Below are positions 13,106 to 26,432 of a stretch of 64,000 nt of DNA, piece by piece (positions within the stretch are counted from its first letter, which is position 1; each line of letters opens with the position of its first letter). Where the stretch lies: positions 101,866,001 to 101,930,000 of the forward strand of contig OX597823.1 of NCBI GenBank assembly GCA_951406725.2, given 5' to 3'. A program made the position numbers and the translations under genes. This stretch comes from Octopus vulgaris (lineage: Eukaryota). The notes under the pieces were generated by a model, which worked only from the letters and a program-made list of their open reading frames with translations, was not told the origin of the DNA and ran no database searches.

Positions 13106-15437
13106 AACAAGAAAAATAAGCTATATTAAAAAAAAATTTAAATAAAAAAATATGCTGAACATAAAGTTAATTTATGCAAAGGAAAAACTAGAAGAAAACA
13201 TAGAAATTATGAGAATTAATCTGAAATGCAAATGTATAAATTAAACAAAAAAAGTAAAATACACTCATAAAAATGCTCTCAAATATAACAATGCCTGCAA
13301 ATTTCAATGAGTCATTCAGCTAGTTGTTATGACATACAGGACAGTTAATACTTACACTCACTCACTCTCTCTCTCTCTCTCTCTCTTTCATGCACACAGA
13401 TGCACTGTATCTGAGTGGCCTTGAAAATCATACTCCTACCAATCAGATACAATTGTTGTTTATTTAAGCTGTAGTATATTAATAGCTTATTACACTGGCT
13501 GAATTGGTTTCTTATCCTCACACTTACTAGCAAAGCCCAAACAAAAACAAACAACAGAGGCTTATTCAGAAACCAAAGCTTTAAATGAAGATGAAAGCTG
13601 GAGTGAAGACCAAGTATATAGTGCTTGTGGTTAATTGGCAACAACAACAATAACAAAAAATATGACTATCCTCAAATATAATATAAAGCTTTGGTTATTT
13701 ATCTACCTATTTACTGTGTGTGGTTACACACACACACAGTAAAAGAAAACACAAAAGCCATGAGAAATTCAGGTGGCCAGGGTTTTCTGGCTGGTGCCTT
13801 AAGTTTATTTCACCATTCCTCAAGAAGGTAATGTCAACATGGTGGTGGGTTAGCAACTCCATGTGAATTATGCGATCCCTTAATTTCCCATGGCCTTTGG
13901 GCGGTTTTTATTAAAAATATCTTTATTCTCTTTACTGAGTGCTCTACTGCTTGTTGAGCTTAATACCACAGATACACACACACACACACACACACACTGT
14001 GCAGCAGCTTGCCTCTGCATGTGTGTGTGCATGTGTGCGCCTTTAGTTGTGCACTAAAAAGAATTATCTTGAATTTACTCACTAGGCTACATAACTGAAT
14101 AGATATATAGACTAAGAGTTCAATAAAATGATTACCCAACAAGGTTGATTGGGGTCAATGTAATTAGAACTTCTGAAAGTGGTGTTCCATCAAAAGCTAG
14201 TCTGAGGAAGAAACAAGTACAACAAAAAAATGAACAAAGTGTTAGTTTCTTCATGTTCTGCCAGCAAAAGAGACAAACAGAATAAGTAAGCAGGCTTGAA
14301 AATAAGTACTGGGGTTGATTTGTTTAATGAAATCCTCCAAGGTAGTGCTCCAGCATGACCACAGTCCAATGACTGACAGACTGAAACAAGTAAATGATAA
14401 AAGACAATGTAATTGCTTCTGGATTTTTCCTTTCCTTTTTCTTCTATGCATTTATTGCTACTTAACAACACCTAACAGGTCAAAAAGATACTCCTCCTTC
14501 TATCAAGTCAAGGAGTACATTTTTATGCATAAGCCAATGAGAATTTTTCCACTTAGTTACTCACACTACTAAAAATAGCATAAATAAATAAAGAAGGGAC
14601 TAACTGCCTGATTTGCTCAACACAAATCATATCAAAATACTGTCACAATACAAATCAAAATACTGTCATGCAAACAACAGACTGAATATCACTTGTAAAG
14701 GAACCCAGCTGCTGGTAAATTAACCTTTTAATAAAAACCAGATTCAATTAACAATATTGTTAAGTCTTGTGTTTGCTTGAACCCAAGTCATAAAGAATTT
14801 CAGCATCATAGTTGTGTGCAACGGTAAGGAAATTCAAAATAGCAGAGTAAGTGAGTGGGAAATTTTAAGCATATACATCCCACCCAACCCAAAATTTCTG
14901 GACAAATGGCAAGAAAAAGTCCTACCAGATAAGTTAGTTACCTGTCACATTTAACAATTTCAAATGATTTGGTACCTAAATCTAACACATGGATGCGACT
15001 ACATATATATATATGTACCAGCACCACCATGACTGGTTTCCATGCTGGTGGCACGTAAAAAGCACCAACCGATCATGGCCGCTGCCAGCCTCCCCTGGCA
15101 CCTATGTCAGTGGCACGAAAAAAAGGCACCCACTACACTCTCAGAGTGGTTGGTGTTAGGAAGGGCATCCAGCTGTAGAAACACTGCCAGATCAGACTGG
15201 AGCCTGGTGCAGCCTCCTGGCTTCCCAGACCCCGGTCAAACCATCCACCCATGCCAGCATGGAAAACGGATGTTAAATGATGATGATGATGATATAGAAA
15301 TATACATACACCATAAAAAGTCAGGAGGTACAAGAAGGGAATATACCTATTTAATCATTTAATATTTGTAGGATTACGGCCATAATTGTCACAGGATTCC
15401 ATGAAAATATATACTGCACTACAAATTTATATATATA

Positions 15438-15797
15438 CTAGCACTATGACCTGGCGTTGCTGGGTCAGAGTGCTAGTGCATGCATATACAGCTGCATGCG
15501 TGCACACATACAGGCGAGTACTGTCCAAATCTCCGACCAATCACATACAGCTAGCTGGCATTCAATTGGCGTATCAAGTTTCGGGCATTTTGATTGGGTT
15601 TTGGATAGAAAATTCACAAAAAAAAGTCACTTCTATTGATTTTTTAATGGCTTTGCGGGGTGACTGGGGAAATGTAAAGATGTGCATGACCACCCTTGGA
15701 CGGTTTTGAATGACCATAGAAAGTGCGGGCCCTCTGACTGAAAAATTGTGGATTTGTATAAAGGACACACACACACAGACATTTTGCCGTTTATATA
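15438..15797 (-). mobile_element. Non-autonomous Helitron/Helentron-like element, copy 2
   Basis: actagcactatgacctggcgttgctgggtcagagtgctagt is a terminal hairpin with CTAGT; homologous to 2988-3357. Confidence 0.7.
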
Positions 15798-15798
15798 T

Positions 15799-16188
15799 TA
15801 CTCTTTACTCTTTTACTTGTTTCAGTCATTTGACTGCGGCCATGCTGGAGCACTGCCTTTAGTCGAGCAAATCGACCCCAGGACTTATTCTTTGTAAGCC
15901 CAGTACTTATTCTATTGGTCTCTTTTGCCTAACCGCTAAGTGACGGCGACGTAAACACACCAGCATCGGTTGTCAAGCAATGCTAGGGGGACAAACACAG
16001 ACACACAAACATACACACACATATATACGACGGGCTTCTTTCAGTTTCCGTCCACCAAATCCACTCACAAGGCTTTGGTCGGCCCGAGGCTATAGTAGAA
16101 GACACTTGCCCAAGATTCCACGAAGTGGGACTGAACCCGGAAGCATGTGGTTGGTAAGCAAGCTACTTACCACACAGCCACTCCTGCG

Positions 16189-16190
<2 letters not shown>
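15799..16190 (-). mobile_element. tRNA-derived CORE-type SINE (representative of many copies, e.g. ~1265-1575, 17240-17520, 19885-20245, 27363-27700, 44630-45050, 48693-48930, 49610-49710, 50490-50900)
   Basis: Minus strand: head ggcgcaggagtggctgtgtggtaag with A/B boxes, CORE-like cttgggcaagtgtcttct, tail gactgaaacaagtaaaagagta. Confidence 0.8.
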
Positions 16191-16237
<47 letters not shown>

Positions 16238-16638
16238 GCTTAAAGGCTACCCTATCAAGCAGCTTTAAAGCTAGTATGTAGCTTTTAAGCAACTGAACCC
16301 CAAATGGGAAGATCTGCAAACAGATCTCTGACCTGTTTTGGAGAAGTTTTTGCAATTGCTTCCCCCAGAGTCATATCCCAATGATGATCATATTCGTCTC
16401 AAAAATCATGTGAAACAAAAAAAAAAAATCGTTGAGAACAATCGCAGTAACAAAAATATAGGTATCCAAAATTTCAAGATCGCAGGTCAAGATTCAGCCC
16501 AGAATGTTTTTAATTTACTCACGGAGTCAGCCTGATTCCAAAATGAAAAAGTGTGACATACTGGCACACTGACATTCACATTTATTATATTAGATATGCT
16601 TAATTTTGGGGAAACTGTATTTCATTTAAAGTGTATTT

Positions 16639-16674
<36 letters not shown>

Positions 16675-17093
16675 CGTACGTATATATGTACACACACACA
16701 TATGTATGTAGTAAAGAAAGGAAAAAATAAAACAAAAATGATAGTGTTCAGTGGTTGGTTCAGTATGCTGGCCACAGGAATTTGTCCAGGAAAGTTGTAC
16801 ATCATCTCCCTCCTTCTCTTACATACCCACTCTCTCTCTCTCTCTCTCTCTCTTATTATTACTCCCATTTACTACTTTTAACAAAACATCATCAAATCTC
16901 CCTAAATTTCTTTGTCTCTCTTTCTCTTTCTTTCTCTGTCTGTCTTTGCCATCACCCTCACTGTCTCCATCCTTACTATTACTCTCAGCCCAGCACAAAG
17001 AAGTGTCACTGAATAGTGAGAGAGGGGTTCAAAGTGTGACACACTGACACACACAAATTAGTTTTTGTATTTATCATATCTCTCTCTCTCTCT

Positions 17094-17132
<39 letters not shown>

Positions 17133-18224
17133 CGCTCACACACACACTGTAGTTGTTTGTGAATAATTTCAATCTTAACTATAAATATCACACAAATGCT
17201 TCACTCCAACTATGCTATGTTTACATATATATGTGGGGGATGGGTTGCAAGCATGACTATAGAAAGAAGTTTGCTTCCCAACCACATAAGTTTAGGTTCA
17301 GTCCCACAGCATGTCACCTTGGGCAAATGTCTTCTACAATAGTCCAAAGCTGATGAAGGCCTTGAGAGTGGATTTAGTAGATGGAAACTGAAAGAAGCCT
17401 ATTGTGTGTTTGAGTGTGTGTGTGTGTGTGCATTACTGTCCCCTTACCTTGACATCACATGATGTAGCCAGTTCCTATCAAACTGTCCAACCCATGCCAG
17501 CATGGAAAATGGATGTTAAATGTTCATGATGACAATGATGGCTGGGTGACTGGGTCTGGAAGGAAGCAGTGACTATATTCTTGATGTGAAGAAAGCAGCA
17601 GTGCCTACACAGGCCCTCAAGAATTGATTCACTTCACTCCTATACATACATAGTTATTCACTTGATCAATACTGGAGGAATGTGAAAGCGAAACCAACAG
17701 TGGTAGGATTTGAACTTCAAAAGAATGTTAAAAAAATGCAACCAAAATACTAAAATGTGTTTTGTCTGACAATTCAACATTTCTGACAACTTGCCAAGCA
17801 ATAATGATGATTTCTGACAATTTGCCAAACAACAATGACAATGATAATGATTTCTATAATTAGCAGAAGGCCACATATTTGTGAGGGAAGAGTAGATTGA
17901 ATGAACAACAACTACTACAACAATAATAGCAGTTGAAGTATTTTAGCAATGTTTTCCAACCCTGCCAAGAGAAGAAAGAAAGGTGGGAGGCACAAATCAA
18001 GACTAGCAGGATTTGAACTTCGACCATAAAGGGATGTAACTAAATGCCACAAAGCACTTAATTCAGTGCCATTCTTTCTGACAAGTTGCATGGTGGTGGT
18101 GTGCTTAAGAAGCTCACTTTGCAGTTTCAGGTTCAGTCCCATTGTGCAGCACCTCAGGCAAATGTCCTCTACTATAGCCAACCAATGTTTTGGGAATAAA
18201 TTTGGTAGATGGAAACTGGGTAGA

Positions 18225-18271
<47 letters not shown>

Positions 18272-18842
18272 TGTCTCTCTTTCTCTTTGTACTTGTCCCT
18301 GTAACTTGGCAGTTTGGCAAAAGATACTGATAGAATATGCATGAAACTTTAAAAAATGTAAATGCCAGAGTCAATTTATTTGAGCAAACCATCCAGAGTC
18401 AATTTATTGGCAGTTGTCCAATGACTGAAACCTATAAAAGTTAAAAGTAAAAGTAAAAGTTACCCACATTTCAGGCAAAGGGTAACTTACCAAACCAACT
18501 CTGGTACTTGACCATTGTTATATCTTATCAACCAAGGAAGAAGTGAAAAGCAAGGTTGATTTTGATGTTGGCATATGAATTCAGGACATAAAAAAGGTGG
18601 AACTGAACACCACAAGGCATTTTGTTTATCTATCTACAAAAATATGCAGATCCATACAGCCTTCTTTCTTTTGTAGACTTATGTCAGACTTACTAATGGA
18701 CATACCATGTTTTGTAAATTATAGGATATGTGTGGCTCGGTTTCATCAGTTTGTCTTTCAACTCTTCCAGTCAATAATTATCTCTAACACTAGCAGAGAG
18801 AAAAAATTTGATTGAATTGGTTCAAGTACATACTTCATAATT

Positions 18843-19341
18843 TACATTATTTACATTCGATGGATATTTATCCTCATCTTGTTTTTTAACACAATATTTC
18901 GGCTGATATACTTTCCAGCCTTCATCAGGTGTCTTGGGGAAATTTTGAACCTGGGTTCTCATTCCTAAGGTATTTTTCGATGTTATTATTATTATTATTG
19001 TTCAGGTCACTGCTTGGAATCGAACTCAGAATCTTGGGGTTAGTAGCTCGTGCTCTTAACCACTATGCCATATGCTCATGGGCATAGTGGTTAAGAGTGC
19101 TGGTTACTAACCCCAAGATTCCGAGTTCGATTCCAAGCAGTGACCTGAACAATAATAATAATAATAACAATGAAAAATACCTTAGAAATGAGAACCCAGG
19201 TTCAAAATTTCCTCAAGATACTTGAAGAAGGCTGGAGGGTATATCAGCCGAAATGTTGTGTTAACAACAAACAAGATGAGGACAAATATCAATCGAATGT
19301 AAATAATGTACATAATTCCTCATCTCTTAAATATAGAACTG
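18843..19341. mobile_element. Palindromic Penelope-like/SINE-like element: two divergent tRNA-head + hammerhead units
   Basis: Inverted arms 18843-19069 and 19081-19310; A/B boxes at the centre; hammerhead motif in each arm; 12-bp TSD tactt(c/g)ataatt at 18831-18842 and 19342-19353. Confidence 0.8.
18888..18933 (-). ncRNA. Minimal type I hammerhead ribozyme motif
   Basis: GACAC CUGAUGA A GGCUG-loop-CAGCC GAAA UA UU GUGUU: intact core, 5-bp helix II, helix I GACAC/GUGUU. Confidence 0.65.
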
Positions 19342-21669
19342 TACTTGATAATTATTTTATCAACCACAGAAAGGATGCAAATTACAGCCAAGCCCCTGCT
19401 ATGTTCATAATATAAAAGGATATAGTTAAATATGGTATGACTGTTACCAGACTATTAATAAAATGCATCCAGACCATGCTAAAAAGTGTTTGGTGATAGG
19501 AAGGACATGCAGCTGTGAAAATTATGTGAAAAAAGGAAGAAATAAATTGAAGAGCTGTGAAGCCAGCATTGGGGAGCATTATTTCCAAGTAAAGAGAAGA
19601 AACTTCAACATCTCTGGTGCCAGTGTCAGGATAAAATACACTTAATTCAAGTGGTTGGTGAATGAAAGGGCACTATCATAAAAACCAGGGACAAAAACAA
19701 CCACAATATATAAACACTGATAGTTTTATCTGTTGCTGGGTGTGCAGGATAATGAAGGCCGACAACCAGTGGTTAAAACCTTATGTAAATTCATTTTTAG
19801 TATTTCAGAAACGTTTCCTGGTAAATATATTTACAAAAAAAAAAGTACATGCAAACACTTTGATCAAGGTTTATCTTTCATCTGTTATTTGTTTCACCGG
19901 TCATGCTGGGGCACCACTTTGTTGAACATATCCACCTGGGTACTTATTTTCAAATCTGGTACTTATTTTATTGGTCTCTTTTGTTGAACTGCTAAGCTAC
20001 AGAGAAGTAAACAAACCAGCACTAGTTATCAAGCAGCAGAGGGGGAACAAGCACAAAGATACAAACACACACACACAAACATACATTGGGCTTCTTTTAG
20101 TTTCTGTCTATCAAACCCACTCACAATGCTTTGGTCAGCCCAGGGCTACAGAAGAATACACTTGCCCAAGGTGCCACACAGTGGGTCTGAACCCAAAACC
20201 ATGTGGTTGGGAAGTAAAATTCTTACCACACAGCCACGCCTGCACCTATTTATGATAACATTTACCCTTTTCAGTCCTCTGTTTGAATGTTTTCTATTTT
20301 TAGGTTTATTTTTATATTTTGACAATAGGAGAGGAAATCTAATAGTCATGTGATCAGACAATCTACATTGATGTGGGTGGAATTAGGATAGACATTTCAT
20401 ACTGAGTATACAAATTACTTAAACATGTGACTTGTTATTTTGGGTGGTGAGGATAACCGCATTTATGTTTAGGATGGTGATAATGGTATTTTCAATGCTG
20501 AATCCACCTGACCCCAATATTGTACTAATCTGTAGTTTAAGAAGGTCAACAGTTTGTAAAATGTCACTTGTACTGCATACTTCTTGCAAAGAGGCACCAT
20601 GAGGATGTACAAACCATTTCACTGGTCAATAATGAAAGCTGTGTGGTAACTAACTACCAGAAATAACAGCCAAAACTCTCTCCAAGGATACCTTACTATC
20701 TTAAAAAAGACATTATATAATACATCCTCTGCATGTAGGAAGACAGGATGGTCATGTCTAGAATGACTTTGATCATATGTTTGCTTGATCAGGGCTAACT
20801 TTGGATGAAACGACAACATATCATTTTGCTGTATAAGAATACCATACAGAGAGATGTGGATCACTTCACAAAGTGAATAACACCTTTACAAGGTATATGA
20901 ACAGATACCATGCAAAAGAATAAACTCACGGAACTGTAAATAATAGCTAAATACTGGATAAAATTTCACTAAACCTAAGAAGACTAGTTTTTGTAATAGC
21001 AATAATTGTCTGTAGTACAAACTAAATTTAACTTCTGTAATACACAAACATACATTATTGATATGTATTCTTAAAAACTTAAGTGAGAACCAAGAATATA
21101 AAAACCAAATAAAACAATGTGCTCAGTCTAATGTTTTCCTGTTCTATTTAAATGAATAAATGAACAAAACAATCCAAGTGTTAAAATAAAATTGGGTTAT
21201 TACCAGAAAAGCCATCCCCACAAAGTGACATAGCAGTAGTAGTAATAAATATATTTGATTAGCAGCTACTTAGTAGTCAGCGTTTTAGGGGTTAGGCCTT
21301 AGTTTTAAGATCACATATCTATTGACTGTGACCACCATTTTATTTTTTCACATATCTGGGACTACATTATCTCACCCTTCTTTGCTACGATGATAAAGAA
21401 GGTAATTTCATGGAGATACGTACTACATAAAAAAATCTATAAACACAGATGCACACACACATACACAGGTAGGTAGGTAGGGGTGTATGTGTATATATGT
21501 ATGTCCTCTAATTTTTAATTATTATAAATTTTCCACTGAGGAGGGAGCCAGTTTCCAACAAAGATACAAGGCTCCATCTTTGGGATGTAGTTAACAAGGA
21601 CAAATTCACAATTGGAATTTTTTACTCTACCATTTACAGATTGCACACGCGTGTGTGTATGTATGTATG

Positions 21670-21716
<47 letters not shown>

Positions 21717-21721
<5 letters not shown>

Positions 21722-22900
21722 GTCATTGAGAATGAAATGCCCGATTTTGATCTGAAAGTTTATTTTACTTTATCTCAACAAAAAGCAATGCAGCTAATCA
21801 AAGTGTGCCCCTAAATTATCAACACAATTTTGCCATTTTACCGGTAGCTTATATATGCCGGCAGCAAAGAATTCTAGAGAGCAAGAGGTGGTGAAATCAC
21901 AAAAGGTTGTTTTTGTATCTTCTTCAGATTGGAATTTTTTTCTTTGCAAAATGTTGTCTAATGCCTGGAAAACGTGATAGTCAGTTGGTTCAAGGTCTGG
22001 TGAATATGGTAGAAGACCGAATACTTCCATGTTCAGTTCCTGTAACTTGAGTAGCGTTCTTTGTGCAACATGTGGTTGAGCATTGTCTTGCAAGAGAATT
22101 GGCCTATCTCTATTGACCAATCTCGGTTGTTTAATTGAAAGTTCACTCATCATTTCATCCAATTGGTTGATGTATACATCCACTGTAATTGACTTACCAG
22201 ATCTCGTGAAGTTGTAGTGGATGACACCAGTGCTGGATCACCAAACAGACACCTTTAGCTTTTTTTGGTGAATATTCTTTTTTTGATTGTGTTTTGGCAC
22301 TTCGTGTCTATCCAACCACCGTGCAGAATGCTTGCTACTTTTGAAAAGAATTCATCACACATAACAATATGATGCAAAAATGGTTCACTTTTATGCCATG
22401 ACAACAAAGAACAGCAAGTTTCAAGATGACATGTCACTTGATGCTCATTCAGTTCATGTGGTACCTATTTGTCCAGCTTCTTTACCTTGCCGATTTGTTT
22501 CAGATGGTCCAATACAGCTGGAATTAAAACATCAAACCTTGCTGCTAACTCATGTGTAGTTTGAGATGAATCTGCTTCCACTACACTTTCCAGCTCATCG
22601 TTATCTACCCTGGTCTCAGAAAATGTGTTCTCATACTGACAAACTATCAGACATGGGAAACAGAGTAATTTGTTCCGAATGGGTCATCTCGTCATTCCCT
22701 CAGACTATTCGTAATACTTTCAATCAAAATAACAATGACATTCCTTGCTGCCAACTTCGGTTTTGATTTTCAGCTTAAGCTTTGGTTTCACTTTTCTGAG
22801 AATGACAATATTCTTATCTGTTTCAAAGTTGGGGAAAGTAGAGAGAAAACTAAACTATTTGACCCTTTTGCCATCCTGGGGGTGATTGAAAGCATGAGAA
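21717..22900 (-). mobile_element. Decayed mariner (DD34D) transposon
   Basis: ORF 21794..22183 has LLQDNAQPH and PYSPDLEPTDYH catalytic motifs; upstream fragments carry a WVPHEL-like motif. TA dinucleotide and TIR-like end at ~21717; the other end is uncertain. Confidence 0.8.
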
Positions 22901-23654
22901 ATTCTACTGGGTTATAATCTTCTTAAATGAATCAAAGCTTTATGCTAATCAATCATTTAGGTGCTAGTTTACTTTTTTTTTACATAACCTTTCTTAAATA
23001 ACTTTTAATATTTAAAATTAAATTTTGAAGCGTTGACATGAACAAATGGATGGAAATTTTATATTTTAAACACACACACACATAAATTGCCAGTTTCTTC
23101 TTTTTGCTCTGTGTGTGAAAAAGTCAAGAAAACTCTGGGGTCACATGACTGAGTTAAGGTCCTAAAAAGAGATAAAAAATGCTCTCTCCATTGGTTAAAT
23201 CTTTTAAGACAGCAAGCACGGGTCTGTAATGAGAAGTTTGCTTCCCAACCACATGGTTCCAAGTCCAGTCTTCTACTAGTATCTTCTATTATAGCCTTGG
23301 GCCAACTAAAACCTTCTAAGTGGACTTGATAGTAGGAAACTGAAAAAAAAAACCTATAATACATATATATGTGTCAACAACCCTCCCTGTCAACAACCCT
23401 CACCTGTTTTCAAGCAAGATAATATTTCCCCCTGTCCAGACACGATTTGCTATGGAAGACTGGTAAGAATCTTATTTGCATAACAGTGATGCTCCTTTGC
23501 AACCATTACAAGATGTGAAGACAAGGGTACACAAACATGCTCTCTCTCACACACGAGGCTTTGGTTGGTCCAGGTGCTGCACAGTGGAACTGAAACCAAA
23601 ACCACATAGATAGGGAGCAAGTTTCTTAACCACATACCCATCATATATATATAA

Positions 23655-23692
<38 letters not shown>

Positions 23693-23719
23693 TGATGATG
23701 ATATATATATATATATAAA

Positions 23720-23907
23720 GGGAAAGTTTACGAAAATAAACAAAAGACAAAGGCAGGTGAAGTACAAACAAACAAATGTATTAGTATAGCGCTCAGGAAT
23801 AGAAAAAGTCTTTTACGTTTCGAGCTACGCTCTTCTACAGAAAGGTACACAGAAAAAAACAAGGAGAGAAAGAAATTGCGTGTAGGAGCTAACAATCTAT
23901 CATGGCG
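23720..23907 (-). mobile_element. Penelope-like terminal repeat fragment with a variant hammerhead motif
   Basis: Minus strand cttt CTGTAGA a gagc-gta-gctc GAAA cg TA aaag (23810-23844), adjacent to (TA)n. Confidence 0.5.
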
Positions 23908-24878
23908 TCCTGACTTCAGACAGTGGTCAGACGCGAGAGGGACAGTAGGGGAGATAACAGGGTCAAGTGACTTCCAATACGAAGGCGCCCCATATATATA
24001 CATGTCAAATTTCATCAAAATCAATAAAACGATGTAGGAGGAGTTAGCTAACAATGCCACTGATTTTCCACATATATATATATATATGTGTGTGTGTGTG
24101 TATATATATAAAGCCTCCCAATTCCTTTCTCATGAAGTAGTCATAGCTTCTGCGAAACTCTGCCAAAATTTCTTGTTTCAGAGCCTAAACTCTAGGATAT
24201 CCCTTCTGCTTCTATCAAATCTCTTCTGCACCACCATCACCACACTCCACAAGAGTTACAGCCGGTTAAATGGTGTACTTATTGTAGAACTCCAACACAT
24301 TTTCATCTTGAATAATATATCCTTTATCATGTTGAAAACTGAAATAGCTAGTTATATAACTAAGATCCTAGTGTTCTTTAGCCATGTAACTAATATATAA
24401 ATAAAGCACTGGATTGTGATTCTTTGTGATTGTTTCCTTTAAGCACTTTGTATATTGTTAAGAAAATTTTTTGTAGAGTTTGAATCCAAAACAAAGATAG
24501 AAAGAAAGGTGTTTAAAACAAGTATTACAATACACAATGCTGATGTATCATCAAAAGTTATGTAAAGAAAAATAGTTCAGATACCATCTGTTACACAGAG
24601 GCATGTGATGTGGATTCAGGGAGGCAGTGGGAAAATGAAACTCAGATATATAAATGTATACAAATATATATGTATTTATGTTACGACACAAAGAGGCAGG
24701 GCTGAAAAAGATGGTGAACGACATCATCTATTAATACTGAAAGATCGCCTATGTACGTGTGTGCACGCAAGTTTAACTATAGGAAGGTGGGGAATATACT
24801 CAACACCTGCAACAGGATTCATTCATTAGAAGTTATACTTTTCAGTTTCTCAGTTTTTCCAAACGTTCTACACATAAG

Positions 24879-24932
<54 letters not shown>

Positions 24933-24938
24933 CACACA

Positions 24939-25102
24939 CCGTATTTTACGTCTATAAGGAACCCCATAATTTCGGGAACTTAAAATTTGGAAAAAAGGTT
25001 TTGTAAAGGATTATAATATCCATGTATAAGAAACTCCCATATTTTTTTAACCTAATTTTTTATTAAAAAAAGAAGTGGGGTTCCTTATACACGTTAAAAT
25101 AC

Positions 25103-25104
<2 letters not shown>
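24939..25104. mobile_element. Tc1/pogo-type MITE (CCGTA...TACGG termini)
   Basis: TIRs ccgtattttacg.ctataaggaacccc / ggggttccttatacacgttaaaatacgg followed by TA; a related fragment lies at ~29040-29167. Confidence 0.7.
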
Positions 25105-25133
<29 letters not shown>

Positions 25134-25143
25134 CAATAAATAC

Positions 25144-25190
<47 letters not shown>

Positions 25191-25192
<2 letters not shown>

Positions 25193-25494
25193 ATAAATAA
25201 CAGTGAGAAGTTGATCGTTGTTGTTATAAAGTCATTATTTAATTCAGGTGAGAGTATGTTTACAGCTGTCTCAGTATATCAAACTGGGGTAAATTTGCAA
25301 ATTTACCCCAATGATCCACTTCTCACTGTTATTTATTGCTCCATTTCTTATCGTCTTTATATACATTAAACCACGGTTTTACCTTTTAAATTATTTACTA
25401 CCGTGTACCTTATAACATACATACTAAGTTAAACCTGGAGTGCCTATGGATACATCTATCCCTCAGAAGGCTACATTACCTCTAAATTATATCT

Positions 25495-25498
<4 letters not shown>
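25191..25498. mobile_element. Penelope-like fragment with an inverted terminal segment, inserted in (TA)n
   Basis: Inverted repeat 25191-25220 vs 25309-25338; internal palindrome tggggtaaatttgcaaatttacccca; tacagctgt motif. Confidence 0.45.
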
Positions 25499-25552
<54 letters not shown>

Positions 25553-26432
25553 ATTCGGTCAGTTGTCCAATAGTACATGCAACAGATAGAAATATACGAC
25601 TCGACAATATAAAAATGTGTGTGTATAGTGTTATTTGCTGTTTAGTTTCAATTAAACCATTTTATGATAGAACATATCTATTGTCTAAGGTGTTCCAGTC
25701 GCAGCCATCTAGTCATTTTATTTTCGGACAGTAAATGACGAGCTAAATTATCTAATGTAGCTCTTCCATTTTCAAGACGGCAGGGAGTGTTTGAGAGATG
25801 TGACTGCTATTTCTAACAGGTCGAGCGACCACGTAAAAGCTTCTATAGCTGTATATATCAAAGTGAAAAATTAAGCTGTTTACGTACGCAAACACACAAG
25901 CTGTCGCTAATGTCCTTCCGAAAACCATGGTTACTACAATAGTCACTTTCCCTTACACACACACACACACACACAATACGTATTTAATAACATAGGTAGA
26001 TGGATAGATACAGCAGTGATCGATTTGATTTCGAGCACAACTTTTTAATTGCAGACACATTCTTATAACATTTTCGATAATGATATCATCTCATCCATAA
26101 TTTTGTTGTAGATTCTTGGCGACAAATGCAATATAATTTTGTCAAGAATTACGCTAAACACACGCTGCGCTCTTGAATATTTTTCGAAAACAGGTTTTTC
26201 AGCCCAAAAAGTCAGTAAGCGCCCTTTTGGACCAAGTAGCGCCTGTACGGGGCTTCGTATGGATTTTCACTTTGGTGGGGGCCATGGAAAAAAGAAACAG
26301 CACTAACATAGGTATAAATTCGAAACCGTTATATATACCCTTACGTACAAAATGTACAAGGAATATAATAGGTATTAGGAATCCAATTAGACAGGATATG
26401 AGATAATAAATGAGACCAAACGGGTTACTTAC

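Noticed and set aside
14942-14975. 34-nt exon-like segment with AG/GT borders in intron 1 of gene A
   Set aside because: Inclusion would shift the frame and break the signal peptide.
17350-17390. CTGATGA...GAAA hammerhead-like string
   Set aside because: A mutated part of a CORE-SINE (other copies read ccgaccaaagccttgtgagtgg); no helix II pairing.
19078-19146. Apparent tRNA gene
   Set aside because: It has A/B boxes but no proper acceptor or anticodon stem pairing and is part of a repeat arm; treated as a tRNA-derived head.
20419-20622. Minus-strand ORF (MKWFVHPHG...) in intron 1
   Set aside because: No recognisable motif, weak splice context, and not needed for the gene A model.
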